Below are positions 44,720 through 54,251 of a stretch of 64,000 nt of DNA, one piece after another. This DNA comes from Clostridia bacterium (lineage in GTDB: Bacteria; Bacillota; Clostridia; Oscillospirales; CAG-272). The stretch is from positions 50,712 to 114,711 of the forward strand of contig JAFVOP010000031.1 in the NCBI GenBank assembly GCA_017505745.1, given 5' to 3'. The notes beneath the pieces are model-generated. The model did not search any database. It was not told where the DNA came from and worked only from the letters and a program-made list of their open reading frames with translations. Position 1 is the first letter of the stretch; every line of letters starts with the position of its first letter. A program made the position numbers and the translations under genes.

Positions 44720-46060
44720 ATGAAAAAGGTTATAACGTATGGTACTTACGATTTATTGCACCATGGTCATGTGAAGCTGTTGGAAAGAGCGAAGGCGTTA
44801 GGGGACTATTTGATTGTTGGTGTGACCGCAGACGATTTTGATGTATCTCGAGGGAAAATCAATGTACAGCAGTCTTTGATCGAAAGAGTAGAAGCTATTC
44901 GTGCAACAGGAATTGCCGATGATATTATTGTTGAGGAATATGAGGGACAAAAAATTGATGATATCAAGCGATATAACATTGATATATTTACTGTTGGATC
45001 GGATTGGATTGGGAAGTTCGATTATCTGAATGAATTTTGTCAAGTAATATATCTTCCTCGCACCGAAGGGATTTCTAGTTCTGAGCTTCGTTCGGAGGAT
45101 CGTCGATTGCGTTTAGGGCTTGTTGGTGAATATCAATATATTAACAAGTATGTTAAGGAGGCATCTGTTGTAAATGGTTTGACTGTTTCTCACATATACG
45201 CAGAACATACCGATAATATTGAGAAAGAAAACAAATGTTTAGTGACAAGTTTAGATTACGAGGCTTTTTTGAATGAAGTAGATGCGGTTTTTATTGCCTC
45301 GCGACCAGAGCTACACTATGAGCAGATCAAGAGTGCTTTGACAAAGAAAAAGCATATATTGTGTGAATCTCCGATTGCTTTGAGCGAGGAGAAATGTATC
45401 GAGTTGTTTGCGTTAGCGGAGCAAAATGATTGTGTGCTAATGGATGCTATCAAAACTGCATATGCAACCGCTTTTTCTAGATTGCTGTTATTGGCTAAAA
45501 CTGGGAAAATAGGTAAGGTGGTATCTATAGACGCCACTTGCACTAGTTTGATGAATCGAGAACGTATAAAGGCGTTAAATAATGAATGGAAAAGCATTTG
45601 TGCGTGGGGGCCAACCGCTTTGCTTCCAATATTTCAGTTACTTGGGACTAATTTCATAAAGAAAGATATTGTTACCAAGTACCTATCGAAAACAAAAAAA
45701 TTCGATGCATATACAAAAATCAATTTTGTATATCCAAACGCGACTGCAACAGTGCAAATTGGCAAAGGGGTTAAGTCTGAAGGAGATCTTGTGATTATGG
45801 GAACGGAAGGATTTTTCTATGTACCATCTCCGTGGTGGAAAACAGAATATTTTGAGGTTCGGTATGAAAATCCAGCAGATAATAAACGTATTTTCTATCA
45901 ACTGGAGGGTGAAGGCATTCGAAATGAATTGGTTTCCTTTGTTAGATCGATTCAAGGCTTGAGAACTGTAATCCATATAGACAAGAATGTATCTGTCCGT
46001 ATTTCTAAAATAATAGAGGATTTTGAAACTGGCAAAGATGTAACGGAAATTGTATTTTGA
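44720..46060 (+). CDS. Fusion: TagD-like alditol-phosphate cytidylyltransferase (aa 1-~128) plus Gfo/Idh/MocA-type oxidoreductase (aa ~130-446)
   Basis: N-terminal MKKVITYGTYDLLHHGHVKLLERAKALGDYLIVGV...YLPRTEGISSSELR (HxGH and RTEGIS motifs of TagD). C-terminal ...KKHILCESPIALSEEKCIELFALAEQ (the EKP-type motif of the Gfo/Idh/MocA family). One uninterrupted ORF. Confidence 0.8.
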   Translation: MKKVITYGTYDLLHHGHVKLLERAKALGDYLIVGVTADDFDVSRGKINVQQSLIERVEAIRATGIADDIIVEEYEGQKIDDIKRYNIDIFTVGSDWIGKFDYLNEFCQVIYLPRTEGISSSELRSEDRRLRLGLVGEYQYINKYVKEASVVNGLTVSHIYAEHTDNIEKENKCLVTSLDYEAFLNEVDAVFIASRPELHYEQIKSALTKKKHILCESPIALSEEKCIELFALAEQNDCVLMDAIKTAYATAFSRLLLLAKTGKIGKVVSIDATCTSLMNRERIKALNNEWKSICAWGPTALLPIFQLLGTNFIKKDIVTKYLSKTKKFDAYTKINFVYPNATATVQIGKGVKSEGDLVIMGTEGFFYVPSPWWKTEYFEVRYENPADNKRIFYQLEGEGIRNELVSFVRSIQGLRTVIHIDKNVSVRISKIIEDFETGKDVTEIVF

Positions 46061-46082
46061 GATTTCGTCTATAATGGCGTAT

Positions 46083-47033
46083 GCGATTATTGGGTTGGAT
46101 GTGTCAATGACTGTTTATATAGGAAGGAATATCGTTTGGCGGAGATCGAAGCACTCGCAGTTAAGCCTCTGGGTTTTGCGGGGACGTTTGTAAAGGAAAA
46201 TTTTTCCGACCGTACATTGATTGACTAGCTATTTTCCTAACATTAATTTACCGTTGTCCGGAATTTTGCGATTCAGGTGAGAGTACGCTATTCAATTATG
46301 AATCTGGATGTGTATATTGAAGGCAATATTATCGAATTGTATAATGCTATTTAAACCTTTCGAGCATTAACGAACATCGAACATCCAGTGGAGCAGTTGG
46401 CCTATGTATCTTTATCTTCGGTTTATAGGGGAAATGAGATAGTTCCGTATCCCACCAGCGATAAAGTGGATACTCCTGTGTCTTTACGCGGCAACCTAGA
46501 AGGCAAATAAATTGTTAGCACGCACCTATTCCATTTTATATAATATTTCTTCAACAGTGATTTGTTTTTTAAGATTTATGGACCGGCGAGATGTCCAGAT
46601 GTGTCGTGTTTTGACTTTACAAACAAGTTGATAAAAGGAAAAATTATCTGGCTTCTCAACCGCGGAAATTACATGTGCGATTTCACTTATGTGGATGATA
46701 TTGTAGGGAGCTATACGGGTGATACAAGGTGTCCCGAAACAATTGGGAGAAGAGGATGATATACCGCTTCCGCCCTATCGCGCATACAATATTGGAAACA
46801 GCAGTCCTGAAAATTTGTTGGATTATGTGAACATTTCGCGCGAGGGTTGGATGTGTGTGGAAGTGTTGTCTATAAATTATAATATTGGAGCCTAGAAGGA
46901 ATCGGGTTCTATGTAACCCGGAGATATCACATATACAGATGCCTCTGTACTCGAACAAAACTTTGAGTTTAAGCCTCTGCCCTCTTTGCATGAGGACTTT
47001 TGAGAATTTGTGGATAATACAAAGGATTTATAA
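46083..47033 (+). pseudogene. NAD-dependent UDP-glucuronate 4-epimerase-like gene, heavily decayed (5'-truncated, multiple frameshifts and stops)
   Basis: Fragments in three frames: AIIGLDV..., ...LAYVSLSSVYRGNEIVPYPTSDKVDTPVSL, FFKIYGPARCPD...NRGNYMCDFTYVDDIV, ...YNIGNSSPENLLDYV. Together they follow the order of SDR epimerase motifs. Confidence 0.7.
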
Positions 47034-47134
47034 CTTATAACCCTAGAATGGATAACCATGCAGAAATCAGTTGCTATGGGGAAGCACTCGTAGGGACTGC
47101 AGAAACGCATATAAAAAAGAAAGAGAGAAAAAAC

Positions 47135-48319
47135 ATGAAAATTGCAGTTGCTGGAACAGGCTATGTTGGCCTTTCTATTGCTATTCTTTTGGCACAACAC
47201 AACCAAGTTACCGCGGTTGATATTATTCCTGACAAGGTGGACATGATCAACCAAAAAAAGTCTCCCATTGTTGACAAGGAGATTGAGGAGTTTTTGGCGA
47301 CCAAGACTTTGAATTTGATTGCTACAACTGATGCTGCATCGGCATACAAAAATGCCGATATGGTTATTATATCGACTCCTACAAACTATGATTCGAACAA
47401 AAACTATTTCGATACCAGCTCTGTGGAGTCAGTTATCGAGCAGGTCATGGAGGTGAATCCCGATGCCATTATGGTTGTCAAATCTACCGTTCCAGTTGGT
47501 TTCACTGAGAAGATTCGGGAGGACCTTTGTTGCGACAACATTCTGTTCAGTCCCGAGTTCCTTCGAGAGGGAAGAGCGCTCTATGACAATCTTTATCCGA
47601 GCCGAATTATCGTAGGCGTGCCTGCAAAGAACGATAGATTGCATAAAGCGGCAGAGAAATTTGCCGATCTGCTTCGGCAGGGAGCTGCCAAAGAAAATAT
47701 TGAGGTTCGTTATATGAATCCCACAGAGGCAGAGGCGGTCAAGTTGTTTGCAAACACCTATCTTGCACTACGTGTGTCGTTCTTTAATGAGTTAGATACT
47801 TATGCGGCTGTCAGAGAGCTTGACACCAAGTCGATTATCGAGGGCGTTGGGTTGGATCCGAGAATTGGCAATCACTACAATAATCCTTCCTTTGGTTACG
47901 GCGGTTATTGTCTGCCGAAGGATACCAAACAGTTGCTTGCCAATTATAGAGATGTTCCACAAAATATCATTTCTGCTATTGTTTCCGCCAATAGTACGCG
48001 AAAGGATTTTATTGCAGATCAGATTGTTTCCAAGCATCCCAAGATAGTTGGGGTATATCGGCTGACGATGAAAGCGGGAAGCGACAACTTTCGTCAATCT
48101 TCGATTCAGGGGGTTATGAAAAGAATCAAGGCCAAAGGAATCGAGGTTATCGTATATGAGCCGACAATGAAAGAGAATGTATTTTTTAATAGTCGAGTCA
48201 TTCGTGATCTTGCAAAATTCAAGGAGCTTTCCGATGTGATTATTGCGAACCGATATCACGAAGATATTGCTGATGTAATTGATAAGGTTTATACTAGAGA
48301 TCTGTATTTTAGAGATTGA
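47135..48319 (+). CDS. ugd: UDP-glucose 6-dehydrogenase
   Basis: [20 protein letters not shown]...VKSTVPVGF...[21 protein letters not shown]...GGYCLPKD. Confidence 0.9.
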   Translation: MKIAVAGTGYVGLSIAILLAQHNQVTAVDIIPDKVDMINQKKSPIVDKEIEEFLATKTLNLIATTDAASAYKNADMVIISTPTNYDSNKNYFDTSSVESVIEQVMEVNPDAIMVVKSTVPVGFTEKIREDLCCDNILFSPEFLREGRALYDNLYPSRIIVGVPAKNDRLHKAAEKFADLLRQGAAKENIEVRYMNPTEAEAVKLFANTYLALRVSFFNELDTYAAVRELDTKSIIEGVGLDPRIGNHYNNPSFGYGGYCLPKDTKQLLANYRDVPQNIISAIVSANSTRKDFIADQIVSKHPKIVGVYRLTMKAGSDNFRQSSIQGVMKRIKAKGIEVIVYEPTMKENVFFNSRVIRDLAKFKELSDVIIANRYHEDIADVIDKVYTRDLYFRD

Positions 48320-48338
48320 GAGGGGATGAGATATTGTA

Positions 48339-49514
48339 ATGAATGCGGCGGAACGATTTGAGCATTTTTATAAGAAGCCTCCACAGAAAATTGCGTTCAC
48401 CCCATATCGTGTTTGCCCAATTGGCGCACATAGCGATCACCAACTTGGAAAAATTACAGGCTTTGCTATCAACAAAGGGATATATATTGCATATGGTCCT
48501 GAGGAAAATGGCGTTATTGAGATTCAGTCTCTTCAATTTGATAAGCGTGTACAATGGCATGTAGAGGCAACCCCAAAAATTCGTGAGAATGATTGGGCTG
48601 ATTATCTTCGTGGCGCCACAATCGCTCTACACAAGCGGTATGCGCTCCGTCGAGGACTTTGTGCTGTGATTGAGGGGGAGCTTCCAATTGGCGGATTGTC
48701 TTCCTCCGCTGCCGTGATTATTACATTCCTTTCGGCTCTTTGCACGATAAATAAAATTGAGTTGACGGCCGAGGAACTTATTACAATTTCCAAGGAAGCT
48801 GAAAACAACTATGTTGGTGTTTCTTGCGGCAAGTTGGATCAATCCTGTGAAGTATATTGCAAAAAAGATCATTTGCTATACATGGATTTAAAAGATGATA
48901 GTTATGAACTCATTCCGCAACATTCTAGTATGAAACAGCACAAAATCGCCATCTTTTTTAGTGGGATAGAGCGTAGTCTGACTGGCTCTGCTTTCAATAT
49001 GCGTGTGGATGAGTGTAGAAGTGCGGCGTATGCGCTGAAAGCATATGCGGGAATGGAGTACGGAAATTTCGAAGAAACAAATCTGCGCGATGTGCCGTAT
49101 GAAGTGTTTTTAAATTTTCGTGAGCGCTTGCCAGAAAATTGGAGAAAGCGTGCCGAGCATTGGTATACGGAGTATAGACGTGTAGAGATGGGTGTTGAAG
49201 CATGGAAACGAGGCGATATTGAGGAATTTGGCCGATTGTCCTTTGAAAGCGGATGTTCTTCCATCTACAATTGGGAGACCGGATCTTCAGAATTGAAGGA
49301 ACTCTATGAGATCATGACGCGAACCGACGGTATTTACGGAGGACGTTTTTCCGGTGCGGGCTTCAAGGGGTGCTGCATGGCATTAATTGATCCAGCGTAT
49401 GAAGAGTATATCAAGGAAATGGTAAAAAAAGAGTATTTAAAAATTTTTCCGCATTTGGAGGGAAGATACTCTGCCCATATTTGCGAAAGTGCGGATGGAG
49501 TACAGTTGAATTGA
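48339..49514 (+). CDS. GHMP-family sugar-1-kinase (galactokinase-related, atypical substrate motif)
   Basis: GHMP motif PIGGLSSSAAV. The N-terminal substrate motif reads PYRVCPIGAHSDHQLG instead of the canonical GalK G-R-x-N-L-I-G-E-H-x-D-Y. Confidence 0.7.
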   Translation: MNAAERFEHFYKKPPQKIAFTPYRVCPIGAHSDHQLGKITGFAINKGIYIAYGPEENGVIEIQSLQFDKRVQWHVEATPKIRENDWADYLRGATIALHKRYALRRGLCAVIEGELPIGGLSSSAAVIITFLSALCTINKIELTAEELITISKEAENNYVGVSCGKLDQSCEVYCKKDHLLYMDLKDDSYELIPQHSSMKQHKIAIFFSGIERSLTGSAFNMRVDECRSAAYALKAYAGMEYGNFEETNLRDVPYEVFLNFRERLPENWRKRAEHWYTEYRRVEMGVEAWKRGDIEEFGRLSFESGCSSIYNWETGSSELKELYEIMTRTDGIYGGRFSGAGFKGCCMALIDPAYEEYIKEMVKKEYLKIFPHLEGRYSAHICESADGVQLN

Positions 49515-49526
49515 TGGGGGAATGAT

Positions 49527-50267
49527 ATGAAATGTTTGATTCTTGCGGCAGGATATGCGACTAGACTGTATCCATTGACCGAAAACTTTCCCAAGCCACT
49601 TTTGACCGTGGGGGGAAAAGCCATTCTTGACTGGCTGGTGGACGATATTGCTCTTTCTGGTATGGTTGACGAATATTTTGTTATATCCAACCATAAATAT
49701 TGGCGCTATTTTTATGAATGGAAAAAAACTAAAAAACAGAAAATCATCATTGTGGATGACGAAACGAATACGAATGATACACGTTTGGGAGCGGTTAAGG
49801 ATATTCAATTTGCAATTGATCAACGGAAAATTGATGATGACATGCTTGTAATTGCCGGAGACAATATTTTGGATTTTAGTTTGACAAAGTTTATTTCATA
49901 TGCAAAAGAAAAAAAAACCTCTTGTATTATGCGCTACTATGAGCCAGACGAGCAAAAACTTTTGAAATGTGGTGTTGTTACAATTGATTCAAAAGATCGA
50001 GTTTTAAATATGACAGAAAAATCCCCTAATCCAGCAACCCACTGGTGTTGCCCCCCGTTTTATTACTATACTCGAGAAGATGCTAAGTTGGTGAAAAAAG
50101 GAATTGATAGCGGTTGTGGCATCGATGCTCCAGGAAGTTTTATTGCGTGGCTTTGTAAGCAGACCGATATTCATGCCATGGAGATGCTAGGGAAGCGGTA
50201 TGATATTGGTAACTTGGAAAGTTATGAAAAGGTGAAAGCAGAATATTGCGGTATTACAGTATCTTGA
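49527..50267 (+). CDS. Sugar-1-phosphate nucleotidyltransferase
   Basis: MKCLILAAGYATRLYPLTENFPKPLL (G-x-G-t-R-l motif). Confidence 0.8.
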   Translation: MKCLILAAGYATRLYPLTENFPKPLLTVGGKAILDWLVDDIALSGMVDEYFVISNHKYWRYFYEWKKTKKQKIIIVDDETNTNDTRLGAVKDIQFAIDQRKIDDDMLVIAGDNILDFSLTKFISYAKEKKTSCIMRYYEPDEQKLLKCGVVTIDSKDRVLNMTEKSPNPATHWCCPPFYYYTREDAKLVKKGIDSGCGIDAPGSFIAWLCKQTDIHAMEMLGKRYDIGNLESYEKVKAEYCGITVS

Positions 50268-50328
50268 CTGTAGTATTGGTTTGAAACAGGCGATCTCTGT
50301 GGTCGCTGTTTGGGGAAGGAGCAAAAAA

Positions 50329-51528
50329 ATGGAAGTACAAATTGAAGACATCATGCTTGCTCTGATCCGCAAGGTTGTTTGCGATAGAGAAATCAGCGCA
50401 ACGGTTGAAAATGCCATTATTCCGGAGGTTTTTCCGCAGTTATATGTGCTTTCCAAATCTCACGATATGGCGCATATCGTAGCACATGGACTTTCAGAAC
50501 TAGACCTGTTGGGAGAAGATGATATTTCACAGAAGTTTCAAAAGCAAAAAATGTTGGCGCTTTATCGTTATCAAAAGATGAGTTATGAGCTGGAGAGGAT
50601 CTGCCATGTATTAGAGAACGCCAAAATACCTTTTATCCCATTAAAAGGGGCTGTGATCCGTCAATATTATCTTCAACCCTGGATGCGTACCAGCTGCGAT
50701 ATTGATGTGCTTGTTCATGAGATACATTTAAAATCCGCGATTGATGCTCTGACAGACCAATTGCATTACAAAAATGGGGGACAAAGTTCCCACGATGTTT
50801 CTTTGTTTTCTAAAAGTGGAGTTCACGTAGAGTTGCATTATGATTTGATTGAGAAAATTCGTTATCCTACTGCTGTAAAGTTGCTTTCCAAAGTATGGAT
50901 TTATGCGGAACCTCAAAGCGGGTTCATGTATCACCATCGGTTGAAAGAAGAGATGTTTTACTTTTATCACACCGTACATATGGCGAAGCATTTTGAAAAT
51001 GGTGGGTGCGGAGTGCGAATGGTGGTAGATCAGTGGATTTTGGATCATTGCGTGTCTTGCAATATTGACAACCGTAATTCTTTAATTTTGGAGGGCAATT
51101 TAAAGCAGTTTAATGACTTGGCAAAAGCCTTGGCAGACGTATGGTTTTCGAATGAAAGGGGGAATGAATTAACTAAGGCGATGTCTGCATACATTATAAC
51201 AGGTGGGATTTACGGAAACAGGGAAAATAGCGTGGCAGTAAAACGCTCAAAAGAAGGGCGCTTCTGGAGATATGTCATGTCACGTCTTTTTTTACCATAT
51301 GATACTCTTTCTAGACAATACCCTATTCTTCAAAGAAAAAAATGGTTACTCCCTTTTATGCAGGTTTGTAGATGGTTTCGTTTGTTCCGCAAAGAGAGTA
51401 TGAAACGCACTGTTCGTGAGTTGAAAACGAATCGGAATATGTCAAAAGAGAAAATTCTCAGTACAACGGATCTTTTGAGAAATCTTGGGCTGAATGAAAA
51501 TGCCAACTCGTTAGACAAAAAATGTTGA
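50329..51528 (+). CDS. Uncharacterised nucleotidyltransferase family protein (NTP_transf_5-like)
   Basis: ATG 50329 with AAGGAG SD. Sequence ...IPFIPLKGAVIRQYYLQPWMRTSCDIDVLVHE...HVELHYDL resembles the PF14907-type family (recognised by eye). Confidence 0.6.
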   Translation: MEVQIEDIMLALIRKVVCDREISATVENAIIPEVFPQLYVLSKSHDMAHIVAHGLSELDLLGEDDISQKFQKQKMLALYRYQKMSYELERICHVLENAKIPFIPLKGAVIRQYYLQPWMRTSCDIDVLVHEIHLKSAIDALTDQLHYKNGGQSSHDVSLFSKSGVHVELHYDLIEKIRYPTAVKLLSKVWIYAEPQSGFMYHHRLKEEMFYFYHTVHMAKHFENGGCGVRMVVDQWILDHCVSCNIDNRNSLILEGNLKQFNDLAKALADVWFSNERGNELTKAMSAYIITGGIYGNRENSVAVKRSKEGRFWRYVMSRLFLPYDTLSRQYPILQRKKWLLPFMQVCRWFRLFRKESMKRTVRELKTNRNMSKEKILSTTDLLRNLGLNENANSLDKKC

Positions 51529-51584
51529 CTTTGGGCATTCGAATTTTTTGACGATACATGAAAAGGGCAAAGTAGACAGGTTAC

Positions 51585-51884
51585 AACGGAACTGTCCCTC
51601 CATAGTGACAAAGGTTTCATTACGTTTTTCAAGCATATTTCAACCTAACAAAATCATACCGCACCATGCCGTTAATGTCAAGTAGGGGAAATCCTTATGA
51701 CAACGCTATGGCTGAAAATTTCTTTTCCATTCTCAAAATCGAGCGTATTTACCGAACCAAACTCAGAACCTATGAGGAGGCGCGCCTCCTCATAGGTGAA
51801 TACATCCACTTCTACAACAACGAACGTATCCAACTCAAAACAAAACTGACACCACTCGAGAAGCGATGCCAGTTTGTTGCTTAA
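51585..51884 (+). pseudogene. IS3-family transposase (OrfB) 3' remnant with frameshift
   Basis: ELSLHSDKGF, then a +1 shift, then HYVFQAYFNLTKSYRTMPLMSSRGNPYDNAMAENFFSILKIERIY...FYNNERIQLKTKLTPLE, the conserved end of IS3 DDE transposases. Confidence 0.8.
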
Positions 51885-51920
51885 TTATTATTTTTTCTAC
51901 CTTAATGTGCTTTTTTATAC

Positions 51921-51945
51921 TGCCCGCACAATTTGGAGCAGTTCA
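51921..51945 (+). repeat. Probable IS3 right terminal inverted repeat (right edge of the low-GC island)
   Basis: TGCCCGCACAATTTGGAGCAGTTCA. Its complement starts TGAAC... and ends ...GGGCA, matching the TG...CA style of IS3 ends. GC content rises immediately after. Confidence 0.4.
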
Positions 51946-51974
51946 AAACGAATGGGATGCTCTTGTTGCTTGTT

Positions 51975-52532
51975 TCAGTTTTCCAGCTGTCTGCCCAAAA
52001 AGCCGGCGGCGGTGAGGATGAGCTTGGTCTCCACTTCAGTACCGGGGACGTCACGGCGCGTGTCACGGGGTTGGTCGGTAACCGATGCCACGCAGCCCAC
52101 GATATCTCCGGCGCTGATGATCGGCATGGCGCAGCTGACGGAATACGCGCCCCCCTCTGCCAATACGGGGATCGGCTCACTGTCCTCGCGGTGGAAATAC
52201 AGGCTTCTGCCCTCAATGATCTGCTCAAGCTCCTCGGAGAGAGCCTTCTCGGTGTAGTCCTTTTTGGGGACTCCCGCACAGGCGATGACGGCGTCGCGGT
52301 CGCAGATCACCACCGAGAGGGAGCAGGTTTTGTGGAGGGTCTCGGCGTATTGCGAGGCAAACGCAGCAAGCTCTCCAATGGGAGAGTACTTCTTGAAAAT
52401 GACCTCTCCCTCGCGGTCGGTATAAATTTCGAGAGGGTCGCCCTCGCGGATGCGCATGGTTCTTCGGATCTCTTTGGGGATAACAACACGTCCGAGGTCA
52501 TCGATTCTTCTGACAATTCCTGTGGCTTTCAT
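51975..52532 (-). CDS. spoVT: Stage V sporulation protein T (AbrB-family regulator)
   Basis: MKATGIVRRIDDLGRVVIPKEIRRTMRIREGDPLEIYTDREGEVIFKKYSPIGEL plus a GAF-like C-terminal domain. Confidence 0.9.
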   Translation of the reverse strand: MKATGIVRRIDDLGRVVIPKEIRRTMRIREGDPLEIYTDREGEVIFKKYSPIGELAAFASQYAETLHKTCSLSVVICDRDAVIACAGVPKKDYTEKALSEELEQIIEGRSLYFHREDSEPIPVLAEGGAYSVSCAMPIISAGDIVGCVASVTDQPRDTRRDVPGTEVETKLILTAAGFLGRQLEN

Positions 52533-52688
52533 ATATATAAAATCTCCTTGTTTGACAGATTTGTGATGTTAGTATCTGCAAAGGTAATCGATTTATGCGG
52601 CATATATTGACTTTTTTATGCGATTGTGATATAATTTAGAAACTTTAGAAGCGGAAGATCAAAATTCAAAAAGAAAGGAACGCGTCAC

Positions 52689-53594
52689 ATGAAGTCCAAA
52701 AGACAACTGGCCTCCAACCGACTTTTTCATTTTTGTCTTGTTTTGGGAGTGTTTTTTGGATGGGGCTCGGTCAGCTTTTTTATAGAAGACAACGTAGCAT
52801 GGGGATGGGGATTTGGAGTCATCGCACTCCTTCTTACTGTGATCCCTGCCATATTTACTCCCTACTGTTACGTATTTGACCGTGACGGAATTTCCTTGCG
52901 CTACGTATTTCTTCCCGTGGAACGGTATCTGTGGAAGGACATATACGCAATTGAGGTTGAAGATACGAGTACAAGCTCAAGATCGCTCCTTTTTGAATTA
53001 TTATTCGCCTATGTTTTTGCTATCAAAGGTCAAAACGTAGGAAAAAAGAGATTTTATATGAATGGGCACGTTCGCAAGACGCATCGAACGAAAAAATTGT
53101 TTGAAGCCTATTGGGACGGAACGGTTACAGGGTATTTGTTTGAGGACACCAAGGCATGGATCCGTAAGCGCAAAGCGAAAAAACAAAAGGAAATCAAGCA
53201 ACAGTTCACCGATGAAATCGTTCCGATGGAGCGGGAGATCCGGGCCGATGTGAGGAGCTGGTTAACCCCGTTGGTGGAGCAGGCGAAGCAGTACGGTCTT
53301 TCGGTCAAGGCAACGTATGTTTCTGTCACGAAGGATGGGGAAGAGCACTGTTCCAGGCCGCATGAGGGATACACGTACCGGATGATTGCGGAAATCGCGT
53401 ATGCGAATGAAACCGAGGAAGCGCGCACCGTTGCTGTAAGCGTGGATCTGCTCTACGTCCGCCTGGGAAAAACCGCCTATCGCGGTGTAAAAAACGAACA
53501 CGCGCAGGAGGAGCTGCAATTCAGTCTTTCGGACGTTATAAACGAAATTCATAAAAACGGAATTGAGACGTATTGCAACAATGAGGCGAAATAG
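52689..53594 (+). CDS. Hypothetical membrane protein (two N-terminal TM helices, bPH-like segment, basic linker)
   Basis: ATG with AAGGAA SD. LFHFCLVLGVFFGWGSVSFF and WGFGVIALLLTVIPAIF helices. No catalytic motif recognised. Confidence 0.5.
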   Translation: MKSKRQLASNRLFHFCLVLGVFFGWGSVSFFIEDNVAWGWGFGVIALLLTVIPAIFTPYCYVFDRDGISLRYVFLPVERYLWKDIYAIEVEDTSTSSRSLLFELLFAYVFAIKGQNVGKKRFYMNGHVRKTHRTKKLFEAYWDGTVTGYLFEDTKAWIRKRKAKKQKEIKQQFTDEIVPMEREIRADVRSWLTPLVEQAKQYGLSVKATYVSVTKDGEEHCSRPHEGYTYRMIAEIAYANETEEARTVAVSVDLLYVRLGKTAYRGVKNEHAQEELQFSLSDVINEIHKNGIETYCNNEAK

Positions 53595-53710
53595 AAGAAA
53601 AAAGCGGAGCGTAAAAGGCAGGTTCTCATAAGGAAGTTTGATTTCTCCTTGTAGAGACCGGCATCCTCGACGGTCCGAGACATATTTTGCTATGCAGGAA
53701 ACAAATAATT

Positions 53711-53744
53711 AACCCCCAACAGATTTTACAAATCTGTTGGGGTT
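53711..53744. terminator. Bidirectional terminator hairpin
   Basis: AACCCCCAACAGAT-tttaca-ATCTGTTGGGGTT followed by TTAT, between convergent genes. Confidence 0.8.
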
Positions 53745-53747
53745 TTA

Positions 53748-54251
53748 TCATATTCCGTAACGTATTGCCTTCCATTCGTTCCAAAAGGCAATATAACCGT
53801 TTCGATCAAATTCATCTTCGGGTAATTTTTTATCTGCAGCGGCATTATAAAATGCTTCTACTTGGTCTGCAAAAGCAAAGACGGTTGTTTTATATTCATC
53901 AAATAATATTTCCGTTCTTTCTCCTGCTTCTGTAACTAAAACAACATTGCCGTTTTCGTGCAAAACCGACCAATCAACTCCGTTAGGGCAACCGCAAATA
54001 TCAACTTTTGAAAGTTCTTCATTTGCTATCATAAAAAAGCCACAGCAAGGAAGCATTTGATTACTCTCATATATTTTATGATCTTCCTTCAAGGATTTCA
54101 GCAAATACAATGCGGTAGAACTGACTGTTGCGTCATCATATTCCAAAACTTCATGTCCTATGATCGCTTTTGCATTTCCGTGAAGACACAGATCCTCGAT
54201 GGGATCTACCCCTTCCATCCAATGAAGATTGGATACACTGATAGAAAACAT
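53748..54251 (-). CDS. Hypothetical cytoplasmic protein (167 aa) in a low-GC pocket
   Basis: ATG 54251 with GGAGG SD 6 nt upstream. No motif recognised. Confidence 0.5.
   Translation of the reverse strand: MFSISVSNLHWMEGVDPIEDLCLHGNAKAIIGHEVLEYDDATVSSTALYLLKSLKEDHKIYESNQMLPCCGFFMIANEELSKVDICGCPNGVDWSVLHENGNVVLVTEAGERTEILFDEYKTTVFAFADQVEAFYNAAADKKLPEDEFDRNGYIAFWNEWKAIRYGI

Noticed and set aside
29335-51945. Low-GC island as a prophage, ICE or plasmid insertion.
   Set aside because: No integrase, relaxase, replication, capsid or tail-like genes. Content is entirely glycan biosynthesis plus two dead IS genes.
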